Source: Candidatus Woesearchaeota archaeon
GTDB taxonomy: Archaea > Nanobdellota > Nanobdellia > Tiddalikarchaeales > Tiddalikarchaeaceae
DNA length: 32,273 bases
Direction of reading: 5' to 3'
NCBI GenBank assembly: GCA_964565435.1
Contig: CAZMEY010000002.1
Coordinates: 1 to 32,273 of the forward strand
Below the pieces are notes generated by a model that saw only the letters and a program-made list of their open reading frames with translations, ran no database searches and was not told the origin of the DNA. Of this stretch, positions 31,221 to 32,273 are shown piece after piece. The position numbers and the translations under genes are program-made. How positions within the stretch are numbered: the first letter of the stretch is position 1; each line of letters opens with the position of its first letter.

Positions 31221-31228
31221 TTTTAAAA
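31221..31228 (-). promoter_or_regulatory. TATA-like box for the racemase gene
   Basis: Palindromic ttttaaaa, 26 nt upstream of ATG 31195. Confidence 0.4.
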
Positions 31229-31438
31229 CTTTTGATTAGGGGAATCTTGTTATCAAAAGTTCTTTTAAATAAAATAATATTTAATTGTTTTGTGCTTAGA
31301 TTAAACTATTTTTTGCTGAATTTAATACATAATTTTTTTTATTTATTGCAATAATTTATTGGCTTGAAACCTATGAAGTAATAATTGCTTTAAGCATTTT
31401 TATTGGGTACTTTTTATGGATTGATTAAAAAAAAAGGG

Positions 31439-31446
31439 TTTTTAAA
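31439..31446 (+). promoter_or_regulatory. TATA-like box for tspO
   Basis: tttttaaa ends 26 nt upstream of ATG 31472. Confidence 0.4.
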
Positions 31447-31471
31447 TTATGGGCTAATCCTTTATTGATTA

Positions 31472-31930
31472 ATGAAAGGGTTAAAAATATATGTTTATTC
31501 ATTTTTGATAGTTTTTTTGGCAGCAGCTGCAGGTTCTTTTTTCACTTACTCCGGTGTTAATGGATGGTATGTTAATGCTGAGAAGCCTTCAATCACTCCT
31601 CCTAATTGGTTTTTTCCAGTGATTTGGACTACGCTTTTCATATTGATGGCCATTGCTTTGGCAAGGGTTTGGTCTAAAGGAGGGAAGAAGAACTCTTTAG
31701 GCATGGCATTGTTCTTTATTCAATTAGGGCTTAATGTTTTATGGTGCGCCCTGTTTTTTGGCATGAGGCAATTTCTTTTCGGATTCATTGAGATAGTGTT
31801 TTTATGGTTTGCAATACTTGCTGCAATCATTGAATTCTGGCAGATTGACAGGAAAAGCGCTTATTTGATGTTCCCTTATTTGGCATGGGTTTTGGTTGCT
31901 TCAGTTCTTAACCTAATGTATTGTTTATAA
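31472..31930 (+). CDS. tspO: TspO/MBR family tryptophan-rich sensory protein
   Basis: 152 aa with five TM helices. WYVNAEKPSITPPNWFFPVIWTTLFILMAIA and PYLAWVLVASVLN are TspO signatures. Confidence 0.8.
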   Translation: MKGLKIYVYSFLIVFLAAAAGSFFTYSGVNGWYVNAEKPSITPPNWFFPVIWTTLFILMAIALARVWSKGGKKNSLGMALFFIQLGLNVLWCALFFGMRQFLFGFIEIVFLWFAILAAIIEFWQIDRKSAYLMFPYLAWVLVASVLNLMYCL

Positions 31931-31965
31931 ATAAAAAATAAAAAAATTAAAGAATTAAAAGTTAT

Positions 31966-32217
31966 TCAATCGTGATTGCAGTCATGGCATGAGCTGCAAT
32001 CGTGGCCGCAGCCGCCCATTTGGGATTTTATATGCTGTTCCAATTGGGTTAATATGTCCACAAGCACTTGGTAAGTTATTGCAACATTTTCTTCCTCTTG
32101 GATTGCTTCAACTACTTTTTTGAAGACTTTTGCATACTTTTCCTGCAATTCTTTCTCTTCTTTTGGAGTAGGCGCTTTAGCCTTCTCTTTCTTATTTTCT
32201 GGTTTTTTTATTGCCAT
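31966..32217 (-). CDS. small K/E-rich protein with a Cys/His-rich C-terminal tail
   Basis: 83 aa from ATG 32217 (MAIKKPENKKEK...QMGGCGHDCSSCHDCNHD). The ORF-track start at 32241 would translate the tRNA-Phe acceptor and T arm, so it is rejected. Confidence 0.5.
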   Translation of the reverse strand: MAIKKPENKKEKAKAPTPKEEKELQEKYAKVFKKVVEAIQEEENVAITYQVLVDILTQLEQHIKSQMGGCGHDCSSCHDCNHD

Positions 32218-32218
32218 A

Positions 32219-32273
32219 TGAGACTGGCGTGATTTGAACACGCGACATCACGGTCTTCAGCCGTGCGCTCTCC
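32219..32273 (-). tRNA. tRNA-Phe (anticodon GAA), 5' part beyond the window edge
   Basis: The reverse complement reads ...GAGC G CACGG-CTGAAGA-CCGTG ATGTC GCGTG-TTCAAAT-CACGC CAGTCTC A. The anticodon arm, variable loop, T arm, 3' acceptor strand and discriminator are present. The 5' acceptor and most of the D arm are outside the window. Confidence 0.8.

Noticed and set aside
31343-31354. A perfect 12-bp palindrome ttattgcaataa, and a nearby tgctttaagca, in the 276-bp racemase/tspO spacer. These could be operators or a small RNA.
   Set aside because: Short A/T palindromes are expected by chance at this composition, and no flanking conservation or stable GC stem supports an RNA. They are noted only as a place to look if TSS data exist.
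32218-32241. The longer start (ATG 32241, MFKSRQSH...) for the last small protein, as given in the ORF track.
   Set aside because: Those eight codons are the 3' acceptor and T arm of tRNA-Phe read as protein. ATG 32217 is the first start outside the tRNA.
1-32273. CRISPR arrays, transposases or integrases, and att-like duplicates of the tRNA 3' ends that would mark an integrated element.
   Set aside because: Reading both strands, I saw no spaced direct repeats, no recombinase-like ORF and no second copy of either tRNA 3' segment. An exhaustive repeat search was not possible by eye.
1-32273. An alternative genetic code or stop-codon recoding.
   Set aside because: TAA, TAG (for example 3434-3436) and TGA (for example 3901-3903, 4086-4088, 5166-5168) all terminate well-supported conserved genes at the expected lengths.

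Overview
This is a very compact, AT-rich archaeal chromosome segment. Coding density is near total, with many 4-nt gene overlaps and all three standard stop codons in use. The backbone is archaeal-type informational genes: S19e-L39e-L31e-aIF6-prefoldin alpha-FtsY, SRP54, a small Zn-ribbon ORF-L21e-Rpo4/F-DUF655, KsgA, TrmI, a short Dph2-like protein, RadA and Sec61beta. There is also tRNA-Arg(TCT) and a partial tRNA-Phe(GAA). Split ADP-forming acetyl-CoA synthetase genes, two tandem polyprenol-kinase-like genes, an Asp racemase and TspO are present. The gene content and compaction suggest a reduced DPANN-like archaeon, but that is inference only. No CRISPR array, transposase, integrase or rRNA was seen. 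The candidates for something new are listed here. (1) A two-component module whose PAS histidine kinase ends in a CoA-binding Rossmann domain. It sits beside a stand-alone receiver and, divergently, a tandem GNAT-like protein and two V4R ligand-binding proteins. (2) A three-gene opposite-strand cassette between the two SRP GTPase genes, made of two glycine-zipper membrane paralogs and a 667-aa triple-repeat coiled-coil protein. (3) Two strongly AT-rich orphan genes near an ATP-cone and an HD hydrolase gene; one has a transglutaminase-like Cys-His-Asp core. (4) A tRNA-Phe whose discriminator base lies 1 nt from the ATG of a Cys/His-tailed mini-protein. (5) A domain-deleted Dph2. (6) Three conserved-looking mini-ORFs below the ORF-track cutoff. 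All functional calls rest on motif recognition by eye, because no database search was possible.
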